IMG/VR virus record: IMGVR_UViG_3300032665_000003 | DNA length: 64,000 bases | Source of the DNA: a virus | Taxonomy: Duplodnaviria; Heunggongvirae; Uroviricota; Caudoviricetes | Direction: 5' to 3' (one strand) | Shown: positions 18,464-27,628 of the stretch, one piece after another | How positions within the stretch are numbered: position 1 is the stretch's first letter | Layout: each line of letters begins with the position of its first letter | The notes under the pieces: generated by a model | What the model saw: only the letters and a program-made list of their open reading frames with translations | Databases searched by the model: none | Told to the model about the DNA's origin: nothing | Made by a program: the position numbers and the translations under genes

Positions 18464-19047
18464 AGTACGGACCTAAAACTAAATCTGTCGAAGCATTTTT
18501 GTGCTATCTCATGAAGATGATTCCGGAAGATCATGGTAATGTTATAGGTGCGTTGTGTGCAGCGAAACCAAACTTATGGGAACACGATGAACATTACTCT
18601 GATGCTGAAACGAAGGCTCAGGTTTCTGCGATCATGGCTCATAAATGTGATTATGAGAAGATGGAATTAGCAGGACATCACGCTGATCTTCTTACGCAGG
18701 AAAATCTTTTTACGTGTTCAGTAGCTCGATATGCTGCATTTGAGATTCAGGGTGCAGACTTCTTGCGCGAGAATAACACGCCCTTTTTCTTTTTGCCGAT
18801 GTTTGGATTCACTAATCCGGATTCAATCATTTCGGAGGTTCGTGCTATTCTAGAAAGCAGAAACCCGAGCAGTAAGAAAAAGGCTAAGAAAAATTTCATT
18901 CAATGGAAAAGACCGTCATTTAAAGTTTTCAGTGCTATTGGCTTTTACTTGTTACTGATGTTTATTTTCGGTATGTCAACTATGAGTTTTGTTTTATTGA
19001 CCGTTCATTGGTTGTATACCCACCGACACTCACTTTGGCTAAACTAA
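18460..19047 (+). CDS. Hypothetical protein with C-terminal hydrophobic segments
   Basis: 195-aa ORF. Confidence 0.65.
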   Translation: MKYGPKTKSVEAFLCYLMKMIPEDHGNVIGALCAAKPNLWEHDEHYSDAETKAQVSAIMAHKCDYEKMELAGHHADLLTQENLFTCSVARYAAFEIQGADFLRENNTPFFFLPMFGFTNPDSIISEVRAILESRNPSSKKKAKKNFIQWKRPSFKVFSAIGFYLLLMFIFGMSTMSFVLLTVHWLYTHRHSLWLN

Positions 19048-19053
19048 AATATT

Positions 19054-19239
19054 ATGACTGAAATAACTAGAAGCACCTGCTGGGATCAAGGAATAGAACC
19101 AAACGATTGGGTAGCGTATGCTACTTGGAATGAACCGCACAAGACGATTCATATCGATGAGTTCCGTAACCCTAATCTTATCAGCAAAAGACAACAACCT
19201 CCGCCAGGCGGTTGGACTACTAAAAATGAAGGTAAATAA
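19054..19239 (+). CDS. Hypothetical protein
   Basis: 61-aa ORF. Confidence 0.5.
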   Translation: MTEITRSTCWDQGIEPNDWVAYATWNEPHKTIHIDEFRNPNLISKRQQPPPGGWTTKNEGK

Positions 19240-19671
19240 ATGACTATTTTTGAAACTATCAAAGCTGATGTCCTTCAGGCTCGTAAGGACCGTGACCAGG
19301 CTAAGGTGAACGTACTTAATACGCTCATTGCAGAGCTATGCCGAGAAACTAAGGAACCGAATGACGATCAAGTTGGTAAGGGTGTTCGCAAGTTTCTAAA
19401 GAATCTAGACGCCAACATTCAGGCTCTTGCATCAGTCAAGATGAGTTCTCCGGAACTAGAACGTGAAGTACAGATTGTCTCTGCCTACAGTCAACAAACA
19501 GACATGGTTGATTTTCAGCCTGTCTGTGATATACTGATTGCTGGCAATCCTGAGAAGATTCTGTCTGAAAAGACTATCGGCTGGTTCGTCGGACAAACCA
19601 TGAAGTCTGTTGGCGGTAAGGCCAATCCATCTAGCATTAAGACATATCTAGAAAGCAAAATCAATGAATAG
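19240..19671 (+). CDS. GatB/YqeY domain protein
   Basis: IKADVLQARKDRD, ELEREVQIVSAY, GWFVGQTMKSVGGKANP. Confidence 0.75.
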   Translation: MTIFETIKADVLQARKDRDQAKVNVLNTLIAELCRETKEPNDDQVGKGVRKFLKNLDANIQALASVKMSSPELEREVQIVSAYSQQTDMVDFQPVCDILIAGNPEKILSEKTIGWFVGQTMKSVGGKANPSSIKTYLESKINE

Positions 19672-19837
19672 CTACGAATGGGTAAAGAACAACATTACCG
19701 TAATTACCGAACTAAATCTTCGGCAAATTCGTGAATGGCAAGACGCCAATCCTGATAAGGAATGGACGCCAGCAGTGCTGGGATGGCATTTCTTTGACTG
19801 GATGAAGAGGAACTCCGATGGGAATGTATGTCAATAA
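19664..19837 (+). CDS. Small hypothetical protein (57 aa)
   Basis: Manual translation MNSYEWVKNNITV...; overlaps both neighbours. Confidence 0.5.
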   Translation: MNSYEWVKNNITVITELNLRQIREWQDANPDKEWTPAVLGWHFFDWMKRNSDGNVCQ

Positions 19838-20030
19838 AGATGGTCAGCTAGTATTACATGATCATTTTTGGAAAGTTAAGCAACCTATTTCCTGGAGTGC
19901 AAAGCCGGTTTTCTTTGGTCTGTTTCAATCATACAAAGTATTGAAGTATCGATATAATCACGGTGTGTATGAAGAAGCTTGGATGCCGTCTTCATATGCT
20001 GAAATCGAATCAAACGCGAGTTATGATTAA
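19818..20030 (+). CDS. Hypothetical protein
   Basis: 70-aa ORF. Confidence 0.5.
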   Translation: MGMYVNKDGQLVLHDHFWKVKQPISWSAKPVFFGLFQSYKVLKYRYNHGVYEEAWMPSSYAEIESNASYD

Positions 20031-20093
20031 ACGGTTGACTTGCTGCATTCTTAGTGTATAGTACTAATACGATCTAACTTATGGAGAACGACA

Positions 20094-20309
20094 ATGCCTT
20101 CTGAACTTCCGCGTATGCCGGGTGAAACGTATCAATCCATGCTTCGTCATGGTTCTGCTAAGGGCCTTGGTCTTCAAGCCGGCGAAGTTGCTTGGTCTGG
20201 TTCTAGGAAGGGTCCTACTTTCTCTAAGGGCGCCAAGCTTGTCGTGGCCGGATCTGTGCTTGGTATTGCGGCCGCAGTTGCCGGATTTGTTTTTCTGATG
20301 AGCGGATAA
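20094..20309 (+). CDS. Small membrane-anchored early protein
   Basis: GGAG RBS; TTGACT-16-TATAGT upstream (20035-20062); C-terminal hydrophobic helix. Confidence 0.7.
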   Translation: MPSELPRMPGETYQSMLRHGSAKGLGLQAGEVAWSGSRKGPTFSKGAKLVVAGSVLGIAAAVAGFVFLMSG

Positions 20310-20312
20310 CGC

Positions 20313-20531
20313 ATGCCAGGTAATCGGAAACAGATTATCAGCCTTCTATGTATCGCCGTAATTAGTACATATTTGCTTGTTGGTTCGTATGTAGGATTAC
20401 TCTTTAAGAGTAATATCCCTGCAATCAATTTGTACGGAGAAGCATATATTGCGTTAACGTGGCCGGCCTGGTTTAAAAACTCGTATGTTAATCTTCCGGT
20501 ACCAAATTGGGTATTCACGTTTAAGGATTGA
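20313..20531 (+). CDS. Small membrane protein
   Basis: Hydrophobic N-terminal helix. Confidence 0.55.
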   Translation: MPGNRKQIISLLCIAVISTYLLVGSYVGLLFKSNIPAINLYGEAYIALTWPAWFKNSYVNLPVPNWVFTFKD

Positions 20532-20537
20532 AAAACA

Positions 20538-20876
20538 ATGGACACTCATACTATTATCTACATGAATCGGGCTGAGGAAGCTGATCGGCGCGCGGCACAG
20601 TTGGCTATGCAAAACGAAAAGTTAGCTTCGGAATTAGCACGGGTGAAGGCTAGCTACGCTGATGCTATGGAAAAATGGAGCTTATACGTTCAGGAATTTG
20701 CACCGAGAGCGAAGAAGGAAGACAACCGAGTAGATTTGGAAATCGAGCTAGAGCATGAAGAAATTTATGATCTTATGCTTATGGCACACGAGCGAGACAT
20801 AACACTCAATCAATTGATTGAGGAATCGCTAACTATTGCTATGCAAAATTTCGACGAATCTAAAATTACAGAGTAA
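20538..20876 (+). CDS. Hypothetical protein (coiled coil plus ribbon-helix-like end)
   Basis: 112-aa ORF; LMLMAHERDITLNQLIEE. Confidence 0.65.
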   Translation: MDTHTIIYMNRAEEADRRAAQLAMQNEKLASELARVKASYADAMEKWSLYVQEFAPRAKKEDNRVDLEIELEHEEIYDLMLMAHERDITLNQLIEESLTIAMQNFDESKITE

Positions 20877-21295
20877 GAATAATGGCTAAACATTTTAAAT
20901 ATCCAGCGCCCGGCTTTATAGCGACTTTAAGTGCTGCACAAAAATCATGATTTTTGGTCCAAAGAGAAAATTTGAGATAAAAATCCAAGGTCCCAAAAAT
21001 ATAGACCATTAGCTATTGTGAAGCATTGAGAAAGACGAGACATGACACCGCTTGCCGTTAAAATCATGATTGATAATCGCGTTAAGGAACTTGACGCTCT
21101 TATCAAATCTTCTGATGAAAAGCATCACTACGCTCTTATGGCGGCGCAGTTTGAACTCCTCCGTCTCGGACAAAAGATCATTCAACTTGAACAGGCTGAG
21201 AATTAAATCAAAAGATTTCAAAATATAGGTTGACACCTATTGCCCATTCTACTATTATAATTCGTAGATTTATAAATACATCTAAGGAACGTCAC

Positions 21296-21496
21296 ATGAA
21301 TATCAACGAAGTCATGCAACCGAGCGAGCAAGCGCTCTTTGAAGCTATCGATGCTAACAATGACACCGGTCTTCGTACCGAAGATGTTGTCAAGATCATC
21401 AAGAGCAAGAACGGTCCGTGGTCTGGGCCTTACACCCTTGAGGAATCTAAGGCTCGGTTGCGAGCGGTAGCGGAAGCTAATGGCATCTCCTTTTAA
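21296..21496 (+). CDS. Small protein, putative antitoxin
   Basis: 66 aa, AAGGA RBS, TTGACA promoter at 21230, overlaps downstream toxin-like gene. Confidence 0.5.
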   Translation: MNINEVMQPSEQALFEAIDANNDTGLRTEDVVKIIKSKNGPWSGPYTLEESKARLRAVAEANGISF

Positions 21497-21923
21497 AGGT
21501 CAACCTGTAAACACAGTGGTGTTTGATTACGGACCTCTTTGGGACGAGTCATTGATTTCTGCCATCAAGGACACTCCTAATATTCTCAAGAAGATTGAGG
21601 AGTTTCAAGAAGTTAAGAGTCGGGATCCAATAACACCGTTTGGTCCAAGTGATAATCGCTTTAAATCCGAAGGGGCATACGCCCAGTATATGCCAAAAGC
21701 TAGAAAGGCCCACTTGTCTTCGGACATGTCTATAGTGTATGAACTATCCGGTAGAAAGCCTACAACAATTAAATTATACGGAGTATTCACCCATGCTCAA
21801 TTGGGTACGGGCCAACCACCCAACATAAAAATTCAACAAAATATGGCGAAGCGCCTTGCAAAAGAAGACGCTGACCCTTGCGACGATGACTTGAACACCC
21901 TAATTGAATCCTGGCTTAGATAA
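21480..21923 (+). CDS. RelE/YafQ-like mRNA interferase
   Basis: KAHLSSDMSIVYE...IKLYGVFTHAQL resembles YafQ ECHI.PD.LLIY...L.R.GTHSEL. Confidence 0.6.
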   Translation: MASPFKGQPVNTVVFDYGPLWDESLISAIKDTPNILKKIEEFQEVKSRDPITPFGPSDNRFKSEGAYAQYMPKARKAHLSSDMSIVYELSGRKPTTIKLYGVFTHAQLGTGQPPNIKIQQNMAKRLAKEDADPCDDDLNTLIESWLR

Positions 21924-22033
21924 CCTACTAAGTCAGTGCATAACCTAATACGAAAATAGGTAAACTTTCGGCTTGACCTTTTCCTCATTCAGCATTATAA
22001 CTAGTACATAGTTTGAAGCAACGGAACAAAGAA

Positions 22034-22684
22034 ATGGCTCGCCCTTCTTATCAAAAAGTGATTCGCTCTTACGAAACTGCCGACGTGTTTTCTGCGGCTA
22101 CTGCTGCGCAACGCATCAACGGTTCTTATATTCGGGAACTCACTGCTGAACCCCCCGAAGGTACTCAACTCAATCGTAACATCGTCAACCGCCTTTTGGC
22201 TGATACTACTCAAATTACCGAAGAGGATCGCATTGAAGGCGCCAAGGTTCGGCAGTATTATCAGGGCCTTACTTTCAAGATTCTTAAGGGAATCACGCTG
22301 AATGATTTTGAATATCAGGCTCTGACGCTCGCTAACTGTGAAACTATCGAGACTTCTCTAGGCGTCGGAGTGATCACGTCTCTTCCGTCTTGCTATCTTC
22401 GTTCTATCGCCCGCGATGAAGCCGAACGCAAGGTTCGTTACGCTAATGGTGGCTATCTTGCTGCTCCGGGCGTTAAGGTCAATGATGTTGTGCTTGAGGT
22501 TATGAAGTCCGTCTATTCTGAAAAGTACGGTGTGTATTTCATTACGTGCCTCACTCCCGACAAGCAAGCGGTGTTCTTTAGCTATCGGGAACGTCTGCTT
22601 GTTGGCAACACTATTAAGGTCAGCGGTCGGGTTAAGGCTCACCGGGACGGTTCCACCCAACTATCACACACAAAGGTTATTTAA
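22034..22684 (+). CDS. Hypothetical early protein with possible C-terminal OB fold
   Basis: ORF; IKVSGRVKAHRDGSTQLSHTKV; TTGACC promoter-like upstream. Confidence 0.7.
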   Translation: MARPSYQKVIRSYETADVFSAATAAQRINGSYIRELTAEPPEGTQLNRNIVNRLLADTTQITEEDRIEGAKVRQYYQGLTFKILKGITLNDFEYQALTLANCETIETSLGVGVITSLPSCYLRSIARDEAERKVRYANGGYLAAPGVKVNDVVLEVMKSVYSEKYGVYFITCLTPDKQAVFFSYRERLLVGNTIKVSGRVKAHRDGSTQLSHTKVI

Positions 22685-22686
22685 TT

Positions 22687-22842
22687 ATGGATATGAAGTG
22701 GTATTTTATTGCAATAGCTGTGATTTTTGCTAGTATGTTTGCTGAGCAGGCATATGATTCTCACTACAAGGCTCAGTGCAGAATCGCCTATTCTAAGTAT
22801 AACCACACTCCCGAAGAAATTAACAAAGTCTGCGGGAACTGA
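22687..22842 (+). CDS. Small secreted/membrane protein (51 aa)
   Basis: Manual translation MDMKWYFIAIAVIFASMFAEQAY...C...C. Confidence 0.55.
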   Translation: MDMKWYFIAIAVIFASMFAEQAYDSHYKAQCRIAYSKYNHTPEEINKVCGN

Positions 22843-22846
22843 ATAA

Positions 22847-23212
22847 GTGCCTGAGGGACCCGAGTGGTCTTTCGTAAATTGGGTCTCCCTTAAGTGGGTT
22901 GTAAATTCCCTAAGTGGACTGTCTCTCAGGCATTTATATACTATCGTGATTAGGCTCGGTAAAAACATAGAGGATTTCGGTGAGATCACGACGTGGTGCG
23001 AGGAAACCTTTGGTCCTTCACTTCCGTGGCAAGAAAATGTTGTCAACGGAATTGATGGTTCGGGCTGGCGTCTCAGCGTTGATATAGTTCCTGAAAGAAT
23101 TATGTGGCTTAGTCAACCTGATCATGGATACATTGATTGGCCATGTCCGTATATAACTTTACAAACAACCAATCCTAGTTGGGAAACCTTTGCTGCGTTG
23201 AGGTGGGAATAA
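22847..23212 (+). CDS. Hypothetical protein
   Basis: 121-aa GTG ORF. Confidence 0.55.
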   Translation: MPEGPEWSFVNWVSLKWVVNSLSGLSLRHLYTIVIRLGKNIEDFGEITTWCEETFGPSLPWQENVVNGIDGSGWRLSVDIVPERIMWLSQPDHGYIDWPCPYITLQTTNPSWETFAALRWE

Positions 23213-23409
23213 TGTCTAGTGCTGAAAAAGAAAATGTTTTTAGAGTCTTAAAAGATGAACCATTATTGGTTACTAGTTTTTGGTGTAGGTTTGGCTGGCA
23301 TCGTTGGTTGAAATGGTCAGAACCCAAAAAAGACGGCATTCACGCTGTACAAACTAGAACCTGTTCATCCTGTAATTTATGGTCTCGCAGACGTAAAGAT
23401 GATTTTTAA
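23212..23409 (+). CDS. Hypothetical protein (C..H..C..C)
   Basis: WCRFGWHRWLKW...CSSCN. Confidence 0.6.
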   Translation: MSSAEKENVFRVLKDEPLLVTSFWCRFGWHRWLKWSEPKKDGIHAVQTRTCSSCNLWSRRRKDDF

Positions 23410-23747
23410 TGATTCCAAAAATTAATAGAACGGTTGTTAACTCAACGCCGAGAACATTAGATGCTAAATGGACGATGGACCCGTTGATAATACAATCAGC
23501 GGATGACCTCGATACGGAACTCTGGAAAAAACTTTCAGAAGAAGTATCCAAAGAACTCGATTGGGAAGTAGTCAAATCGTTGAGCAGCAAACATCATGTT
23601 GTCACTATAAACAATCCAAAAGCGGAAGAAATTAAGATTTGGCTTGCGCAGGCCTGTACAGAGCCCTATATAGCTAAATTTGATTACAGTGAGATTTTGT
23701 TCATTTCAGGTGAAGATGCCTCTTGGTGCATTCTTCGATGGGGATGA
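23409..23747 (+). CDS. Hypothetical protein
   Basis: 112-aa coupled ORF. Confidence 0.65.
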   Translation: MIPKINRTVVNSTPRTLDAKWTMDPLIIQSADDLDTELWKKLSEEVSKELDWEVVKSLSSKHHVVTINNPKAEEIKIWLAQACTEPYIAKFDYSEILFISGEDASWCILRWG

Positions 23748-23753
23748 TTTAGT

Positions 23754-23782
23754 TTGACAACCTCACGCTCCTAAGCTATAAT
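23754..23782 (+). promoter_or_regulatory. Consensus sigma70 promoter for ligase
   Basis: TTGACA-17-TATAAT. Confidence 0.85.
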
Positions 23783-23801
23783 ACTTTTAAATCATTAAGG
23801 A

Positions 23802-25223
23802 ATGCACATGTCGGCTTATTGGATTAAAGAACTCAACAAAAGCGAATCTCGTCTGCACAAAGAAGAGGTCCTTAAGAAGGCGTATACTGCTGCTGCAATC
23901 GGCAATAAGACCGCTAGCACTTTTATAACCCTGTTGGGTGCATGTTACGACCCATTCAGCACGTACGGAGTCAAGCAGATTCCTACCACTGACGGAATTG
24001 TCGGCGGCGAGAACCCATACGAAGATTTTATGGGACTTCTGAATCGTCTTGCTAAGCGTGAATTGTCAGGTAATGCTGCGCGAGACGCTATTCAATCAAT
24101 GGCTGAACGCTTTGACAGCGATGAATGGAACACTTTTGCTGCTGCCGTTCTTCGTCGTGATGTTCGTGCGGGTATCAGCACTAGCACAATCAACAAGGTG
24201 TTTAAGGGTACTCCGTATGAAGTAGCGACTTTTGAATGTCAGTTGGCTACTAACTGTGAAGGGCGCCCCGAAATGCGCGGCATCAAGCGTCTTGAACCCA
24301 AGCTTGATGGTGTTCGTGTTCTTATGGTTGTTGACCTGGGCCCGGGTGCGATTCCTACTATCACTGTGACTTCGTACAGCCGCAATGGTAAGGTTTTTGA
24401 AAATTTCACTGGAATCGAAAATCAGATCAAAGCTAATCTTACGCCGATCATGTCTGCATTTGGTCAAAACGGAGGATGGTACAGTTTCGTGCTTGACGGT
24501 GAAGTCGTTGGTAATTCTTTTCAAGAACTTATGCGACAGGCTCGTCGTAAAACAGACGTGCAAGCAGATGACAGCGTTTTCCATGTGTTTGACATTATTC
24601 CTCTGGTAGATTTCCGCAAAAAGATTTGGTCGACCCCGCTGTCTGATCGAATTGCCCTTCTTGAGACCGTGCGCTCTACGTTTGACCGTATGCCAAATTT
24701 GGAACTGCTGCCTCATATTCAGGTTAATCTTGACACCGCAGAAGGTAAGTCTGAGCTAGAGAAGTACGCCAGTGAGATGGTCGCACTTGGGTATGAAGGT
24801 ATTATGATCAAAGACCTAGATCAACCATACGTCTGTGATCGCAGCACTGCATGGATGAAGTGGAAACCTACTATTACGGTTGATCTTCAAATTGTCGGGT
24901 CCGAAGAAGGTACTGGTCGTAACGAAGGCAGGTTGGGGGCATTGATTTGCGCCGGTGTAGATAATGGTCGAGAAATCACGGTAAATGTCGGAAGTGGATA
25001 CGATGACCAGCTTCGGGCTCAAATTTGGGCAGACATTACTAACACTACTGTTACTTGGGAAAAGAAGGTTAACAAGGTTTGGGTTACTATGACTGAAACT
25101 CCTAGTGGAACTCAACACATTGGTAATACGGTTGAGGTTATGGCTGATGCTGTAACTCAAAATCGAGACGGCACTTATTCGCTTCGTTTCCCTCGATTTG
25201 TTCGCTTTAGGGATGATAAATGA
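23802..25223 (+). CDS. lig: ATP-dependent DNA ligase
   Basis: EPKLDGVR (motif I), LDGEVV, FDII, EGIMIK, WMKWK, SLRFPRFVRFRDDK. Confidence 0.96.
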   Translation: MHMSAYWIKELNKSESRLHKEEVLKKAYTAAAIGNKTASTFITLLGACYDPFSTYGVKQIPTTDGIVGGENPYEDFMGLLNRLAKRELSGNAARDAIQSMAERFDSDEWNTFAAAVLRRDVRAGISTSTINKVFKGTPYEVATFECQLATNCEGRPEMRGIKRLEPKLDGVRVLMVVDLGPGAIPTITVTSYSRNGKVFENFTGIENQIKANLTPIMSAFGQNGGWYSFVLDGEVVGNSFQELMRQARRKTDVQADDSVFHVFDIIPLVDFRKKIWSTPLSDRIALLETVRSTFDRMPNLELLPHIQVNLDTAEGKSELEKYASEMVALGYEGIMIKDLDQPYVCDRSTAWMKWKPTITVDLQIVGSEEGTGRNEGRLGALICAGVDNGREITVNVGSGYDDQLRAQIWADITNTTVTWEKKVNKVWVTMTETPSGTQHIGNTVEVMADAVTQNRDGTYSLRFPRFVRFRDDK

Positions 25224-25519
25224 TCGTTTCTGTGGCATGTAGACTGATTGCTCCAGTAGATTTGGGTGCAGTAAAAGCAGGTGACGAACTCATCCTATCC
25301 ATGCCGCGACCATGCAGGCACCATCACATTTTACATATGGTTCATGCGCTGGGATATGACACTATCATAGAACCCAAGAATCAGGGGTTCCTCACTGATA
25401 TCGGCGAGTTTGTCGATAGACGAACCGCATTTAAGATCGCAACAGAAGCTAATCAGGTTCTTCCTCGTAAGCCCGGTGGCTATAACGGGGATGAATTGTT
25501 CTCAGAGGACTTGTGGTAA
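25220..25519 (+). CDS. Hypothetical protein
   Basis: PCRHHHI...QGFLTD.GEFVDR...LFSEDLW. Confidence 0.75.
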   Translation: MIVSVACRLIAPVDLGAVKAGDELILSMPRPCRHHHILHMVHALGYDTIIEPKNQGFLTDIGEFVDRRTAFKIATEANQVLPRKPGGYNGDELFSEDLW

Positions 25520-25531
25520 GATGGGACTTTA

Positions 25532-25711
25532 ATGACTAAGCAAACTATCGGTTATATTGTATGGTCTGAGTCTGGACCTGTTCGTAATATTCGTTCAGAA
25601 GGACAATGGTTTCAGCGAAAAGAACCTATCAAGGTCTATAAGACAGAAGCCGTAGCCAAGCGTTATGGATCTGTTGTTAAGCCTGTTTATGTGGAAGTAG
25701 AAGAGGATTGA
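25532..25711 (+). CDS. Small hypothetical protein (59 aa)
   Basis: Manual translation MTKQTIGYIVWSESGP...VEVEED. Confidence 0.55.
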   Translation: MTKQTIGYIVWSESGPVRNIRSEGQWFQRKEPIKVYKTEAVAKRYGSVVKPVYVEVEED

Positions 25712-25713
25712 TT

Positions 25714-25909
25714 ATGACTACATTTGGAATTATTTATGAAGAACCACCGCAACGATGTGAACAGTGTGATGTGATTGCTGAGACACGTCCAATATGGACT
25801 CAATCACGAAGAAGTTTGTTTTGACTGTGCTATGAAGGACGAGGCGGTCACTGAAATGCGCATGAAAGAATATTTGACATTAGGCGGGGACGTTGAAGAT
25901 GGAAGATGA
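25714..25909 (+). pseudogene. Zn-ribbon protein with +1 frameshift at ~25791
   Basis: CEQCDV.AETRP then, removing one A, YGLNHEEVCFDCAMK completes a CxxC...CxxC pair. Confidence 0.55.
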
Positions 25910-26126
25910 AGAAGAAGTAGACTACGTTGCTCTCCAACAAATGGTTGGCAAACGATACCAATTTGAAGATGGCGATAGCATTGAAATCGTACAAATCAAA
26001 CGCAGAGAAACTGGTCCGTGGGTCACGTACCATGTTCACCAAGGACCCGGTATTCCTAGAAAGCTGCTAATGATGCTAGACGAATTTAAAGTAACATACG
26101 GACATCTGTTTGAAGAATTGCCGTAG
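25899..26126 (+). CDS. Hypothetical protein
   Basis: ORF 25893-26126. Confidence 0.7.
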   Translation: MEDEEEVDYVALQQMVGKRYQFEDGDSIEIVQIKRRETGPWVTYHVHQGPGIPRKLLMMLDEFKVTYGHLFEELP

Positions 26127-26154
26127 TTACTGCATTATTTGAACTAAATACAGT

Positions 26155-27591
26155 ATGACTTTAATTAAAAGAATTTTTAGTTTTGCAACCGTAACACTTC
26201 TAGTTGCACTTTCTCTCGGTAGTATTGCTGCCTGGTACTCCATACAGGGCCTTGTGGCAATTTTCTCTGCGGCAGCATTGCCTATCATGATTATGGGCGG
26301 ATCATTAGAATTCGCTAAGGTTGTCACCACGGTTTGGCTGCATCGATATTGGCATCGTGCTAAATGGCAGATGAAACTTTATTTGGTCCCATCTGTAGTC
26401 GCCCTAGCATTTTTGACCAGCATGGGGATATATGGATATTTGGCAAAAGCACACAGCGACCAAAGCTTGGTAAGCGGAGACGTACAAGCAAAAATAGAAA
26501 TATACGAACAAAAACTTCAAACATCAAAGGACACGATAGATGCTGACCGTAAAGCACTTAAACAACTCGATGAGGCAGTGGACCAAACGTTGGGTAGAAC
26601 AACGGACGCGAAGGGCGCGGCAAGGGCGGTATCTTTACGTAGAAGTCAATCCGATGAGCGCAATCGTCTTGCCAACGAAATTGAAACCGAACAGGCAAAC
26701 AGTGCTAAACTTAATGAGCAAATGGCCCCGATTAAGGGCGCCGCGCGCAAGGTGGAGGCGGAAGTTGGGCCTATAAAATACATCGCCGCACTGATATACG
26801 GAGACAACCCTAGTAACGATTTACTAGAGCGTGCAGTGCGATGGGTTATAATTCTAATTGTATTTGTGTTTGACCCATTAGCGCTGATGCTAGTGCTTGC
26901 AGCACAAAGCAGTTACGAGTGGCTAGAAGAAGATAATAAACAACAAGATAGCCCAAAAGTCCTAGAGGAGGCACCAGAAGATGAATCAGAATCTATACAA
27001 CCAGATGATGTTGACGTGGATGTTGAATTGGGAGACGATTTACCAAAAGAACATATTCCCGATGCAATTGAACATGTTGAAGAATTGGAACCAGTTGAAG
27101 ACGAACCTTCAGGAGCAGCAGAACCAATCACAGAACCAGACACTATCGAAGATGCTGAGCCAAGAATTTCCCCAGTTTTAGAGTCTGATATCAAAACTGA
27201 AAACGTGATGCTAGAAAAAAGTGAGGGCGTCTATTTAACATATGCCGGTAAATCTATTCCTAGTCATGCACTCAAAGAACTTAGAACTGACTTGTTCGCC
27301 GCTAAACCAGACGCCGAACAAGTTAATACTAACTTCGGAACGTCTTTTCCTAACTTTGCTAAAAAAGGCGATATCTTTGTTAGAGTGGATTCACTGCCAA
27401 ATCGAGTCTTTAAGTTTGATAGCTTAAAGTGGATAGAGATTAATAAAGAACAAACTGACTCCTATCTATATGATAAAGAATACCTAAACTACCTTGTTAC
27501 TAAAATTGAGAGGGGCGAGTACGACGTAGAATTGCTTTCTGAAAACGAGAAAGCAGAATTGGAACAATATCTACAATCTAAAAAATCATAA
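26155..27591 (+). CDS. Membrane-anchored coiled-coil protein with acidic linker
   Basis: Three N-terminal TM helices, coiled coil, IVFVFDPLA TM, Glu/Asp/Pro-rich linker. Confidence 0.75.
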   Translation: MTLIKRIFSFATVTLLVALSLGSIAAWYSIQGLVAIFSAAALPIMIMGGSLEFAKVVTTVWLHRYWHRAKWQMKLYLVPSVVALAFLTSMGIYGYLAKAHSDQSLVSGDVQAKIEIYEQKLQTSKDTIDADRKALKQLDEAVDQTLGRTTDAKGAARAVSLRRSQSDERNRLANEIETEQANSAKLNEQMAPIKGAARKVEAEVGPIKYIAALIYGDNPSNDLLERAVRWVIILIVFVFDPLALMLVLAAQSSYEWLEEDNKQQDSPKVLEEAPEDESESIQPDDVDVDVELGDDLPKEHIPDAIEHVEELEPVEDEPSGAAEPITEPDTIEDAEPRISPVLESDIKTENVMLEKSEGVYLTYAGKSIPSHALKELRTDLFAAKPDAEQVNTNFGTSFPNFAKKGDIFVRVDSLPNRVFKFDSLKWIEINKEQTDSYLYDKEYLNYLVTKIERGEYDVELLSENEKAELEQYLQSKKS

Positions 27592-27628
27592 TTTCACACA
27601 CACCGTTTCAGTAAGATAAGTAAATCAG

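Noticed and set aside
20882-21012. Possible -1 frameshifted small gene (MAKHFKYPAPG...IMIFGPKRK)
   Set aside because: A plausible join in an A-run, but no recognisable motif supports it
21009-21236. Minus-strand 75-aa ORF
   Set aside because: Overlaps the promoter at 21230, no RBS, no motif; not supported
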